DNA of 64,000 nt from Myxococcota bacterium (GCA_044344255.1 JBIJDH010000008.1:160001-224000); one strand, 5' to 3'. Shown: positions 1-9,685, counted from the first letter of the stretch. Notes: a model not told the origin generated them from the letters alone. Numbers and translations: made by a program.

Positions 1-521
1 GGCCCAAGATCGGCGACTTCCAAATCCCGGCCAACTGGTACCAGTCGTTCAACCCGGGAGTCATCATCTTCCTGGCGCCCCTCCTCGACATGTTCTGGGG
101 CTGGCAGAAGGAGCGCGGCACGGAGCCCTCGAGCGTCTCGAAGATGGCCCTCGGCTCCATGCTGCTCGGCGTCTCCTTCATCGTGATGGTGGTGGGCGCC
201 CAGCTCGTGGGCGACGGCAAGGGCAGCCTGTTCTGGCCGCTCTTCTGCACCTTGATCCTGACCGTGGGCGAGCTCTACCTCTCCCCGATCGGCCTCAGCC
301 TCGTCACCAAGGTCTCGCCGGTGCGCATCGTCTCGATGATGATGGGCATGTGGCTGGGGTCGAGCTTCATCGGCAACTACCTCTCCGGCTGGCTCGGCAC
401 CTTCTACGACGACATGACCAAGCCCGCCTTCTTCGGCATGCTGTCGGCGATCGGCTTCGCCACCGGCTTCGCGATGTGGGCCTTCAACCGCCCCCTCAAG
501 CGGGTCATCGGCGGACACTGA
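1..521 (+). CDS. Proton-dependent oligopeptide transporter (POT/PTR family), 5'-truncated
   Basis: Frame is open from the window edge (..IPANWYQSFNPG..). Has GELYLSPIGLSLVTKVSP and SMMMGMW..GNYLSG motifs typical of POT C-terminal halves, with multiple TM helices. Confidence 0.9.
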   Translation, partial: PKIGDFQIPANWYQSFNPGVIIFLAPLLDMFWGWQKERGTEPSSVSKMALGSMLLGVSFIVMVVGAQLVGDGKGSLFWPLFCTLILTVGELYLSPIGLSLVTKVSPVRIVSMMMGMWLGSSFIGNYLSGWLGTFYDDMTKPAFFGMLSAIGFATGFAMWAFNRPLKRVIGGH

Positions 522-545
522 GCGCGTCGAGGCGGAGGGGCGCCG

Positions 546-1328
546 ATGTCTGCCCGTGAGCGGCCGGCCGGCCAGGAGGGAGCGCTCTCCTGGATCTGGA
601 GCGGCTACGACAAGAAGAGCGCGGGGGCCCTGGTCACCGTGCTCTGTGTCTACGTCGCGGTCGGCTACCGCTGGCAGCACCTGATCGACCCCTCCAGGGG
701 CATGGACTGGCTGCTCGCAGGCATCTGGACCTTCATGACCTTGCTGTTGATCTGGCGGCTCGACACCCGCCAGGATCTGCGGCTCGTCTTCGTGGGCCTC
801 GTCGGCGGCGCGGTCATCGAGTGGTGGGGCACGACGACGACGCTCTGGTGGTATTTCACGGCGGAGCGCCCCCCGCTGTGGATCATCCCGGCCTGGCCCA
901 CCGCCGCGCTGACCATCCACCGTCTGCCCTCGCTCATCGGGCGCGCCTGGCCGGGTATCGAGCGCCTCGGCCGCGCCTACTGGCTGGCCTTGCCCCTCTT
1001 CTGCCTCGCCATGACCCGCTTCTTGTGGCCGACGATCCACGTCCTGTCGAGCCAAGTGGTGGTGCTGCTCATGATCGGCGTGATCTTGGTGGGGGCGCGG
1101 CCGAACCGCGACTTCTCCATCTTTGTCACCGGCACGATGCTCGGCTTCTTCCTCGAATATTGGGGGACGAGCCGCCACTGTTGGACGTACTACACCCGAG
1201 AGATCCCGCCGGTGGAGGCCGTGTTCGCCCACGGATTCGCGGCGGTGGCCTTCGCCCGCATGGACCAGCTGCTCGTGTGGGTCATCGGGGGCGGCCCCTT
1301 CAAAAGACCAGCACCAGCCCGCCCGTGA
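546..1328 (+). CDS. Polytopic membrane protein with an internal two-fold repeat (E.WGT....W.Y.T.E.PP)
   Basis: Hydrophobic 260-aa ORF with typical codon usage. Two copies of the motif: EWWGTTTTLWWYFTAERPP and EYWGTSRHCWTYYTREIPP. Confidence 0.75.
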   Translation: MSARERPAGQEGALSWIWSGYDKKSAGALVTVLCVYVAVGYRWQHLIDPSRGMDWLLAGIWTFMTLLLIWRLDTRQDLRLVFVGLVGGAVIEWWGTTTTLWWYFTAERPPLWIIPAWPTAALTIHRLPSLIGRAWPGIERLGRAYWLALPLFCLAMTRFLWPTIHVLSSQVVVLLMIGVILVGARPNRDFSIFVTGTMLGFFLEYWGTSRHCWTYYTREIPPVEAVFAHGFAAVAFARMDQLLVWVIGGGPFKRPAPARP

Positions 1329-2160
1329 GCAGGCCCGCCCCGAGGCCGAGGCCCCAGAGGGCGCGATCGCGCGGGCCGTGGACCTCCTCGTCGAGGAAGC
1401 GGGTGTCACCCCGATGGTCTCCGGTGGGGTCGTCGCGGAGCGCGGCGTAGTCGTCATAGTTGCGGTAGGCCAGCCCGAGCTGCCAGCCCCCGAGCGCCGC
1501 GCTGACGGCCCCCGCGCCCAGCAGGGACAACCCCAGCGCGCGCGGGGGCCGCGAGGCCGGCTCCGCCTGCGGCGGGGATACCGGCTCATCCACGCGCGCC
1601 TCCGTCACCCACGTCGCCCCCGTCGCCCCCGTGAAGGGGCTGAGGGTGACGGGGAGCTCGGTGTTGAGGCCCATCCGCACGGTGACCCAGCGGTTGATCG
1701 GCAGGTAGCCCGGGGCGGAGAGGGAGACCCGGAAGGTGCCGCAGGTGAAGGAGACGGGGACCTCGGTGATGCCGGGCACCGTGTCACCGTCGACCCAGAC
1801 ATCGGCGTCGGGCGGGGTCGGCGACACCCGCAGCGTGCCTCCGCTCGGGATGAGGGGGAGGTCGAGCGGCGTCGTCTCTCCGTTTCGCACGACCACGTCG
1901 GCTTCGCCGACGCTGCACTCGCCGAGCAGGCGCAGGTGGTGCGGCCCGGCGGAGAGGCCGGTGAGCGTGGAGGGGCTGCGCAGACCGCTGTCGAGGCCAT
2001 CGACGAAGATCCGCGCCCCGGGCGGATCGGAGCGGAGCTCGACCCGCCCCGCGGCGTGGGCTTGCCCGCCGAGCGAGAGCGCCCCCGCGAGGAGGCAGGC
2101 CCGGGGCGCGCGCGGCGCCCGCGCAGGGGGAGGGCTCGAGGGGGGGGCTCCGGTCCGCAT
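1300..2160 (-). CDS. PEGA domain-containing secreted/membrane protein
   Basis: Signal peptide (..LLAGALSLGGQAHA), two PEGA-like domains (LRSDPPGARIFVDG; VSPTPPDADVWVDG) and C-terminal hydrophobic segments. Start set at ATG 2160. Confidence 0.8.
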   Translation of the reverse strand: MRTGAPPSSPPPARAPRAPRACLLAGALSLGGQAHAAGRVELRSDPPGARIFVDGLDSGLRSPSTLTGLSAGPHHLRLLGECSVGEADVVVRNGETTPLDLPLIPSGGTLRVSPTPPDADVWVDGDTVPGITEVPVSFTCGTFRVSLSAPGYLPINRWVTVRMGLNTELPVTLSPFTGATGATWVTEARVDEPVSPPQAEPASRPPRALGLSLLGAGAVSAALGGWQLGLAYRNYDDYAALRDDPTGDHRGDTRFLDEEVHGPRDRALWGLGLGAGLLTGGLVLVF

Positions 2161-2355
2161 CAGGGCCCGACTGTACTCGGGAGGGGGGAGGGCCACAAGC
2201 ACCGGCCCGCCCGAGGCTCCGCCACGCCCGCCCGCTCGCCCGAGGCGGGGGGCGGGATAGTCCACCACCCAACGACCGCACCGCCGGTCGGGGCGCGTCG
2301 CCGAAGGCGGTCCCCCGCCGCGGCGCTCCTCCACGCGGTTCAGCGAGGGACAGCC

Positions 2356-3807
2356 ATGGCACAGCTCACTCAGGGCCCAGGACGGCAGCGCGGCGACGAC
2401 ATGCGGAGCGTGCTGCGGCAGGCCCTGCAGATGTCGGCGGGCGCGGCGGCGAACGAGCCTGGCGAGCTCGTGGAGCTCCGCTACCACAAGAAGGTCTTCC
2501 GCAGCGTCTCCGTGCTGGCCGGTCGGGTCGAGCGCAGCACGAACCGGCACCGCGAGGGCGTCGGCGTGCGCGTCCTCTCCCGCGGCACCTGGGGCTTCGC
2601 CTCCACCGGTGACGCCAGCGTCGGCGCCATCCGCACGGCCATCGATCGCGCCCGCCGCGCCGCCCGCGCCACCGCCGCCTTCCGCAGCGCGCCCCTGCCC
2701 TCGCTCCCGGCCGTTGACCTCGCGGTGGGCGACTTCGAGGAGCCCGGCGTGGAGGAGATCCTCGGCCGCAGCGCCGAAGAGCGGCTCTCGCTCGCGATGG
2801 GCCTCGAGTCCGAGGTGCGCCGCTCAAGCCCGCAGATCTGCAGCGCCACCGGGACCTACAACGAGATCTACGAAGAGAAGGCCGTGGTCACGAGCGACGG
2901 GGCGGACTGCGCCTGGCGGCTGGTGCGCCCCGAGCTCTCCGTGTCGGCGGTGGCAGAGCGGGACGGCCAGCGCACCGACGTCGCCGAGTCGATCGGGGTC
3001 ACGGGCGGCTGGGACTGCCTCTTCCGCACCGCCCCCGCCGCCCTGGCCGAGCGCGCCGCCGCCTCCGCGATCGACCTCCTGAGCGCCCGCACCGCCGAGG
3101 GCGGCCGGGCGAAGATCATCCTCTCCCCCTCGCTCGTCGGCCTGCTGGTGCACGAGGCCATCGGCCACACCGTCGAGGCCGACTTCGTGCACGCGGGCTC
3201 CGTGGCCAAGGGCAAGCTCGGCCAGCGCGTAGGCAGCGAGCTCGTCACCCTGGTCGACTCGGGGCACAGCGAGCACCACAAGGGGGCCGGCGGCACCATC
3301 CCCGTCGATGACGAGGGCGTGCTCAGCCAGCGCACCGTGGTGATCGAGCGCGGCATCCTCAAGAGCTACCTGCACAACCGGGAGTCGGCGGCCCGCGACG
3401 GCCTGCCCCCCACCGGCAACGCCCGGGCCTGGGAGTACGCCGACCAGCCGCTCATCCGCATGCGCAACACCTGCATCGAGCCCGGCACGGCCTCCCTCGA
3501 GGAGATGATCGCGAGCACCGACGAGGGCTTCCTGCTCGAGGGCCCCCGCAACGGCCAGGCCGACTCCACCGGCGAGTTCATGTTCGGGGTACGGGCGGCC
3601 CGGCGCATCCACAAGGGCAAGGTGGGGGAGCTGCTCCGCGGCGTGACCGTCACCGGCAACGCCTTCGAGGTGCTCGAGAGCGTAGACGCGGTCTCGACAG
3701 AATTCCAATGGGACCTCGGCTCGGGCCACTGCGGCAAGGGGCAGCCCGCCAAGGTAGACGCCGGCGGCCCCTGGCTCCGCTGCAGCGCCATGCTCGGGGG
3801 TGTCTGA
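2356..3807 (+). CDS. tldD: TldD metalloprotease subunit
   Basis: GVGVRVL..GTWGFAST, HEAIGHTVEAD (HExxxH), DDEGV, PTGNAR, IRMRNT and C-terminal HCGKGQP motifs. Start is ATG 2356 or 2401. Confidence 0.93.
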   Translation: MAQLTQGPGRQRGDDMRSVLRQALQMSAGAAANEPGELVELRYHKKVFRSVSVLAGRVERSTNRHREGVGVRVLSRGTWGFASTGDASVGAIRTAIDRARRAARATAAFRSAPLPSLPAVDLAVGDFEEPGVEEILGRSAEERLSLAMGLESEVRRSSPQICSATGTYNEIYEEKAVVTSDGADCAWRLVRPELSVSAVAERDGQRTDVAESIGVTGGWDCLFRTAPAALAERAAASAIDLLSARTAEGGRAKIILSPSLVGLLVHEAIGHTVEADFVHAGSVAKGKLGQRVGSELVTLVDSGHSEHHKGAGGTIPVDDEGVLSQRTVVIERGILKSYLHNRESAARDGLPPTGNARAWEYADQPLIRMRNTCIEPGTASLEEMIASTDEGFLLEGPRNGQADSTGEFMFGVRAARRIHKGKVGELLRGVTVTGNAFEVLESVDAVSTEFQWDLGSGHCGKGQPAKVDAGGPWLRCSAMLGGV

Positions 3808-5186
3808 TGGGACAGCCCCCGGCCCCCGACCTCTCCGACGACCCCCTCTTCCAGCGCGAGCGGTCCGAGCTGCTCGACCTCTGTGAGGCGGGCGTCCTCG
3901 CCGCCCGGCGGGGCGGGGCCGACGAGGCCGAGGTCTACACCCTCCGCTCCCGCAGCACCGAGGTGACCTTCCTCGCCGGAGACCTCGACCAGGTCAAGCT
4001 CAGCGACGAGACCAGCTTTGGCGTGCGCGTCTTCGTCGGCGAGCGCCTCGGCTTCGCCACCGGCAACCGGCCCGAGCAGCTCCAGGCGGTGGTCGCCGAG
4101 GCCGTCGCCGCCGCGCGTGTCTCCCCGGCCGACCCCCGCAACCGCCTCCCCGAGCTCGCCGGGAGCCCCGCGGCCTGCTCCCCCGTCGACCTCTCCCTCC
4201 GCAGCCTCGACGCCGGGGCCCTGGCCGCCCTCGTCCGCAGGCTGGTCGACCGGGTGCGGGAGCGCGATCCGCGCGTCGTCATCGACAACACCGCCGTCGA
4301 GACCCGAGAGACCCTGCGCGCCATCGCGAGCAGCCAGGGCGTGCGGGCGGCCGCCGCCTCGGGCTCGGCCGGCGGTTACCTCTTCGGCATGGCGGTGAGC
4401 GAGGAGGGCGTCGCGAGCTTCTTCGACGACCACGACTCCGTCCAGCAGCTCGACCGCCTCGAGCCCGCCCTGCTCCTCGCCGCCGACCGCTTCGTCGACA
4501 AGTGTGTGCGGGCGACGGGCGCAGGCAAGGGGGAGAGCTTCCGCGGCCCCCTCCTCCTGCCCGCAGAGTGCTTCGAGGAGCTGCTGCTCGGCGCCCTCGT
4601 CTCGATGCTCGGCGCCGACGTCGTGCGCCAGGGGCGCTCCCCCTTCCGAGGCCGCCTGGGCGAGCGAATCGCCGCCCCCGGCTTCACCCTCACCGAGGGT
4701 GGGGCCGGCCTCCCCGGCTACCCCTTGGCCCCCTTCGACCGAGAGGGGACGCCTCGGGCGCGCCGCGCCCTCGTCGAAGACGGGGTGCTCCGGAGCTTCC
4801 TCACCGACGGGGCCGAGGCCCGCACCCTCGGCCTGCCCTCGGGCGGCCACGCCACCGGGGGCGCCTCCGACCTCCCGCGGGTGGGCGCCTCCTCGCTTGA
4901 GGTGGCGGCGGGCCCCTCTCCCCTGCCCACGCTCTCGAAGGGCCTGCTCGTGAGCCGCTTCTCGGGCTCGACGAACCCGGTGAGCGGCGACTTCTCGGGG
5001 GTGGTGAAGGGCGGGCTCTTGATCAGCGGCGGCGAGCAGCGGCCGGTCAAGGAGACCACCATCGCCGGCAACCTCTGGACCGCCCTGCACGCGATCTCCC
5101 ACATCTCGAGCGAGCGCGAGCTGCAGGGCGGCACCCGACTGCTGCCCTCGGTCATCCTCGAGGACATCGCCGTGTCGGCGGGCTGA
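3807..5186 (+). CDS. pmbA: TldE/PmbA family protein
   Basis: FGVRVFVGERLGFA, PFDREG, NPVSGDFSG and TIAGN motifs; lacks HExxxH. Its ATG overlaps the tldD stop (TGATG). Confidence 0.9.
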   Translation: MGQPPAPDLSDDPLFQRERSELLDLCEAGVLAARRGGADEAEVYTLRSRSTEVTFLAGDLDQVKLSDETSFGVRVFVGERLGFATGNRPEQLQAVVAEAVAAARVSPADPRNRLPELAGSPAACSPVDLSLRSLDAGALAALVRRLVDRVRERDPRVVIDNTAVETRETLRAIASSQGVRAAAASGSAGGYLFGMAVSEEGVASFFDDHDSVQQLDRLEPALLLAADRFVDKCVRATGAGKGESFRGPLLLPAECFEELLLGALVSMLGADVVRQGRSPFRGRLGERIAAPGFTLTEGGAGLPGYPLAPFDREGTPRARRALVEDGVLRSFLTDGAEARTLGLPSGGHATGGASDLPRVGASSLEVAAGPSPLPTLSKGLLVSRFSGSTNPVSGDFSGVVKGGLLISGGEQRPVKETTIAGNLWTALHAISHISSERELQGGTRLLPSVILEDIAVSAG

Positions 5187-5226
5187 GCGGCGCCTCGCGA
5201 GGTTAGGCATGCGCGCAGGAGCACAC

Positions 5227-5676
5227 ATGCCGATCATCGACGATGTCTCGAACCAGATGAAGGACGCGATGCGGGCCAAGGAGTCCGCACGCCTGATGGC
5301 GCTGCGCAACATCCGCTCCGCCTTCATCGTGGCCATGAAGAAGGACGGCGCGGACACCCTGACCGACGCGCAGTGTGTCGACAGCCTGCGCAGCCTCGCC
5401 AAGCAGCGGAGGGACTCCATCGAGGCCTACGAGGCCGCCCAGCGCCCAGACCTCGCGGACCCCGAGAAGGCCGAGCTCGCGGTGATCGAGGGCTTCCTCC
5501 CGGTTCAGGCGGGCGAGGAGCAGGTGCGGGCCTGGGTGGTCGAGGCGATCGCCGCCACGGGGGCGACCACGCCCGCCCACGTCGGCAAGGTGGTGGGCGC
5601 CGTGCTCAAGGCCCACAAGGCCGACGTCGACGGCGGCGTCGTGAAGGCGATGGCCACGAGCCTCCTCGGCGGCTGA
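5227..5676 (+). CDS. GatB/YqeY domain protein
   Basis: MKDAMRAKE..RL..LR, KQRRDSIEAY..A.R.DLA..EKAEL and GKVVG motifs; AGGAG RBS. Confidence 0.92.
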   Translation: MPIIDDVSNQMKDAMRAKESARLMALRNIRSAFIVAMKKDGADTLTDAQCVDSLRSLAKQRRDSIEAYEAAQRPDLADPEKAELAVIEGFLPVQAGEEQVRAWVVEAIAATGATTPAHVGKVVGAVLKAHKADVDGGVVKAMATSLLGG

Positions 5677-5743
5677 CCGCCGTCGCAGACTTTCTCGCGC
5701 GCGCTGTCCCCCTTCCCGGGGGGGGCCCGGGTCTCAGAGGGCG

Positions 5744-6331
5744 ATGATCCCCCTCCCCGCCCTCCCGGAGCCGCTGACGATGCCCGCCTCGGCCACCGAT
5801 CCCTCGCCCCGCCTCGCCCAGGGCCGGAGCGGGCCAGGGGAGGCGGAGCGGGCCTTCGAGGCGCTCCTGGCCGAGCAGGCCGGCCCGATGGCGGCGCTCG
5901 CCACCCGCCTGCTCGGCGACGCCACAGAGGCCCACGACGTGCTCCAGGAGGCGTGGGTCCGCGCCTGGTCGCACCGGGACGCGCTCCGCGAGCCCGGCGC
6001 CCGCGTGGGCTGGCTGCGCTGCATCGTCGTGCGCGAGTGCTGGCGGGCCCTCCGCTGGCGCCAGCTCCGGCGCTGGCTGCCCTTCGGCGAGGCGGTGCCA
6101 GACCTCCCCGTCCCCTCCGACCCTGACCACGCCCTCGACGCCGCCCGCGTCCGCCGCGCCGTCGCGGCCCTCTCGCCGAAGCAGCGCCTCGTCTGGGGCC
6201 TCCGCCACGACGAGGGCTGGACGATCCCCGAGATCGCTGCGGCCACCGACCTCTCCAGCGAGACGGTCAAGACCCACCTCTCCCGCGCCCTCTCCGCGCT
6301 GCGCGCCGCCCTGGAGCCCCACCATGCCTGA
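5744..6331 (+). CDS. ECF-type RNA polymerase sigma-70 factor
   Basis: Region 2 AHDVLQEAWVRAW..WL..I and region 4 LSPKQRLV..LRHDEG.TIPEIA....SETVKTHLSRA. Confidence 0.92.
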   Translation: MIPLPALPEPLTMPASATDPSPRLAQGRSGPGEAERAFEALLAEQAGPMAALATRLLGDATEAHDVLQEAWVRAWSHRDALREPGARVGWLRCIVVRECWRALRWRQLRRWLPFGEAVPDLPVPSDPDHALDAARVRRAVAALSPKQRLVWGLRHDEGWTIPEIAAATDLSSETVKTHLSRALSALRAALEPHHA

Positions 6332-6860
6332 GGCCACCGCCCGCTCCCCCGCTGATCCCCGCCCAGCCGACTGTCTCCCCGTCGAGGCCGCCCTCGCCCT
6401 GGGCGAGCCCCTCGACCCGTCGGGCCAGGCGCACCTCGCCGCCTGCCCGCGCTGCACGCGGTCCGCCGCCCTCCTCCGCCTCTCGCGGTCTCCGCTCCCG
6501 GCGGTCCTGCCGGCGGCCCCCACCCTCCCCACGCTGCGGGCCCAGGCGAGCGTGGCACGGCGACGGCAGGCCGGCCTCCGGGGCGCCCTCGCCCTCGCCG
6601 CGCTGGCCCTGCTCACGGTCGCCGTCCGCGAGAGCACCCTCGACCCGGAGGCTGGAGCGCCCACCGACCCGGTCACGGCCCGGGCACCCGACCCCGCCGC
6701 CCTCCACGACGGCACCGCGGACCTCATGGAGGGCCTCGACCTCCTCAACGGTGAGGCCGACGAGGACTCACTCCTCGACGACTTCGCCCTCCTCGACCCC
6801 TACCCGAGCGAAGAGCTCGACGACCCGACATCCACCCTCTTCGGAGCAAGGAGCCTATGA
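6324..6860 (+). CDS. Putative zinc-binding (ZAS) membrane anti-sigma factor
   Basis: C..HLAACPRC (HxxxCxxC), a single TM helix and an acidic tail; overlaps the sigma gene stop. Confidence 0.75.
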   Translation: MPEATARSPADPRPADCLPVEAALALGEPLDPSGQAHLAACPRCTRSAALLRLSRSPLPAVLPAAPTLPTLRAQASVARRRQAGLRGALALAALALLTVAVRESTLDPEAGAPTDPVTARAPDPAALHDGTADLMEGLDLLNGEADEDSLLDDFALLDPYPSEELDDPTSTLFGARSL

Positions 6861-7450
6861 TGAACCTCATCTTCCTCGTCCTCGGCCTCAACCTGGTGCT
6901 CGACCAGAGCGTCGCCCACGCCGCCCCCACGCCGCCGCACCCGCCAGCGCCACCCGCCGCTGACCTCGAAGACATGCACGGCGACGGCGTCGCCGACGAT
7001 GGCGACCGGGAGGACGACGACGACGGCGACCCCATGGACGGCGACTTCGACGAGGTGGCCGAGCAGATCGGCGCCACCCCCGAGCAGCGGAAGAAGATCG
7101 AGGATGCCTTCTACGCGTCCCACCAGGAGCGCATCGACCTCAAGGCCAAGAAGGCCAAGGCCGGCCTCGAGCTCAAGCGCCTCCTCCACGCCGACACCCT
7201 CGACGAGAAGGCCGTGGGTAAGGCCACCGAGGCCCTGGTCTCCGCAGAGTCGGCCCTGCGCCGCAACCAGATCGACCTGATGGTCTCCCTCCGCAAGGTG
7301 CTGACCGCCGACCAGTGGGCCACCCTCGAGCAGCTCCGCCGAGACGGGCGGCGCAGCGGCCACGGCGGCGGCCACGGCGGGAAGGGCGGGAAGGGAGGAA
7401 AGGCCGGGAAGGCAGGGCGGATGGAGCGCGAGGCGTTCGGCCCGCGCTGA
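6857..7450 (+). CDS. Spy/CpxP-like periplasmic protein (heavy-metal sensor/chaperone family)
   Basis: Signal peptide, ATPEQ and VLTADQ (LTxxQ) motifs, acidic N-region and Gly/Lys/His tail; ATGA-coupled to the anti-sigma gene. Confidence 0.82.
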   Translation: MMNLIFLVLGLNLVLDQSVAHAAPTPPHPPAPPAADLEDMHGDGVADDGDREDDDDGDPMDGDFDEVAEQIGATPEQRKKIEDAFYASHQERIDLKAKKAKAGLELKRLLHADTLDEKAVGKATEALVSAESALRRNQIDLMVSLRKVLTADQWATLEQLRRDGRRSGHGGGHGGKGGKGGKAGKAGRMEREAFGPR

Positions 7451-7555
7451 GGGCGAGGGACAGCTCGAGGGTGGACCCCGATGAGGCCGCGCTCATCGAC
7501 CTCTCCGCGAGGTTAGCGGAGCCGGTGTAGGCCCCACCCGCCCTTGGGATCGCCC

Positions 7556-9685
7556 ATGTCCGCCCCCCCCCCCCGCCGCCCCCCCCTCGGGCCCCGAGGC
7601 CCCTGGGCGCTCGGGCTCACCCTGCTCCTCGCGGTGGGGTCGGCCGCCGCGGCGCCACAGCCCCGGCGCCCCCTCCCCAAGGTCACGCCCACCCTGCCCG
7701 CCGACCCTGGCTGGCCGGGCTCCCGCCTCGTCCTCCAGGTGAAGCTACAGGACGCCCTCCTCGCCCGGGCCACCGCCGAGGGGGGCCTCCGCAGCGAGGC
7801 CGGCCGCGCGCTCGCGGGCCTCACCACCCTCGCGGCGCAGCACGGACTGCGCTTTCGCCCCGCCTTCCCGCTCTCCGGCCCCGCGCTCCGCGGCCTCGAG
7901 CTGCGCGCCCTCCAGCGCTCGGGCCGCGAGCAGCCGGATCTGGCCGGCATCTTCGTCGTAGAGGGCGTGGAGGGCGAGGCGCTCCTCTCGGTCGCCCGGG
8001 CGCTGCACACACGGCCCGAGGTCGAATTCACCAGCCTCAGCTGGTCGCTGCCGCCGCCCCCCGGCGACATTGCGCCCACCACCGACGACTACTCGGCCTA
8101 CCAGACCTACCGCGATCCCGATCCCGGCATCGACCTCGCCTTCGCGGCCGCGCTCGGGGTGGACGGCGCCCACGTCCAGGTCAGCGACTGCGAGTACGGC
8201 TGGGAGACCGGCCACGAGGACCTCGTCGACCGCGACACCCACCAGGAGCCCGGCACCGTCATCCCGAGCATCATCGCCGAGTACGGCTACGACTCGCACG
8301 GCACCGCCGTCCTCGGAGAGCTCTCCGCCGTGGACAACGGCTACGGCTGCACCGGGCTCGTGCCGGGGTCGGAGGTCCACACCTACCCCGAGTACATCGA
8401 GCTCGACGGCGCGGAGGTCTGGCGCCGCCCCGACGCCGTCGCCGCCGCGGTCGCCGCCGCGCTCCCCGGCGACGTCGTCGTGCTTGAGATGCAGGACATC
8501 CAGCGGCCCGGCGGCAGCTACTGCCCGGCCGAGGTGGAGCCCACGCTCTGGACCGTCGTGCGCGTCGGCGCCGACGCAGGCGTGGTCCTCGTCGGCGCCG
8601 CCGGCAACGGGTCCGAAGACCTCGACGGCGACTGGTACGTCGAGAACTACCTCGCCCGCGGGGACAGCGGGGCCATCCTCGTCGGGGCCGGCTCACCCGA
8701 CACCACCCACGCCCCCCTGTACTTCTCCACCCACGGCAGCCGGGTGAACCTGCAGGGCTGGGGCGGCTCAGTCTTCACCCTCGGCTACGGCAGCTTCGCC
8801 ACCGTCGGCGACGACCCCAACCAGGCCTACACGAGCGGCTTCAACGGCACGAGCTCGGCCACCCCGATCGTCGCCGCCGCCGCGGTGGCCCTCCAGGACT
8901 ACGTCCTCGCGCACACCGGGCTCCCCCTCGGCCCCGAGGCGCTGCGCGAGGTGCTGATGGCGACCGGCATCCCTCAGGGGAGCGGCGCCCTCGTCGGCCC
9001 GCTGCCCGACCTCGCCGCCGCCATCCTCTCCGTCGACGCCGATCTCGACGGCGCGCTCAACGACAGCGTGGGCGGCGACGACTGCGACGACGCCGACCCC
9101 GGCCGCGCCCCGCTCACCCCCGAGATCGCCTACGACGGGATCGACCAGGACTGCGACGGAGCCGATCTCATCGACGTCGACGGCGACGGCGCGACGGCAG
9201 AGGAGGCGGGGGGCGACGACTGCGATGACCAGGACCCAGCCGTGAACCCGACCGCCGTGGAGACCTGGTACGACGGCATCGATCAGGACTGCGACGGCCA
9301 GGACGACTTTGACCAGGACCAGGACGGCTTCACCGAGGCCGAGGGCGACTGCGACGACACGCAGGACACGATCTACCCGGGCTCCGTCGGGGCGGACGGC
9401 GAGGTGAACTGCGGAGCGGTCGCGGACACCGACAGCGGCGGACCGGGAGACTCCGACGCCCCGACCGAGGGGCCGCCCGGCGAGGGCGAAGGCAAGGGCT
9501 GCGGCTGCGCGGCGGTCTCCAGCTCGACCTCCACCCCGACCGCGGGCGGCCTCTCGGCGATCGGTCCAGCCCTCGGCGCCCTGCTGATGGCGGGGCTCAG
9601 CCGCGCTCGAGCTCGAGCACCGCGTACTCCGCGGCCTCCCGCACCCGGGGCTCCGGGTCGTCCTCGGCCGCGCGGACGAGGGTGA
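7556..9685 (+). CDS. S8 (subtilisin-family) serine peptidase with MopE-type Asp/Cys repeats and MYXO-CTERM-like anchor
   Basis: Catalytic triad motifs VSDCE, SHGTAVLG and GTSSATP, plus AAGNG. Three DCDD../YDGIDQDCDG repeats, then GKGCGCA, a TM segment and an Arg-rich tail. Confidence 0.9.
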   Translation: MSAPPPRRPPLGPRGPWALGLTLLLAVGSAAAAPQPRRPLPKVTPTLPADPGWPGSRLVLQVKLQDALLARATAEGGLRSEAGRALAGLTTLAAQHGLRFRPAFPLSGPALRGLELRALQRSGREQPDLAGIFVVEGVEGEALLSVARALHTRPEVEFTSLSWSLPPPPGDIAPTTDDYSAYQTYRDPDPGIDLAFAAALGVDGAHVQVSDCEYGWETGHEDLVDRDTHQEPGTVIPSIIAEYGYDSHGTAVLGELSAVDNGYGCTGLVPGSEVHTYPEYIELDGAEVWRRPDAVAAAVAAALPGDVVVLEMQDIQRPGGSYCPAEVEPTLWTVVRVGADAGVVLVGAAGNGSEDLDGDWYVENYLARGDSGAILVGAGSPDTTHAPLYFSTHGSRVNLQGWGGSVFTLGYGSFATVGDDPNQAYTSGFNGTSSATPIVAAAAVALQDYVLAHTGLPLGPEALREVLMATGIPQGSGALVGPLPDLAAAILSVDADLDGALNDSVGGDDCDDADPGRAPLTPEIAYDGIDQDCDGADLIDVDGDGATAEEAGGDDCDDQDPAVNPTAVETWYDGIDQDCDGQDDFDQDQDGFTEAEGDCDDTQDTIYPGSVGADGEVNCGAVADTDSGGPGDSDAPTEGPPGEGEGKGCGCAAVSSSTSTPTAGGLSAIGPALGALLMAGLSRARARAPRTPRPPAPGAPGRPRPRGRG
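7563..7586 (+). repeat. Homopolymer C12 (7563-7574) plus C8 (7579-7586) within the first codons of the S8 gene
   Basis: Sequence ATGTCCG-C12-GCCG-C8. Confidence 0.9.
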
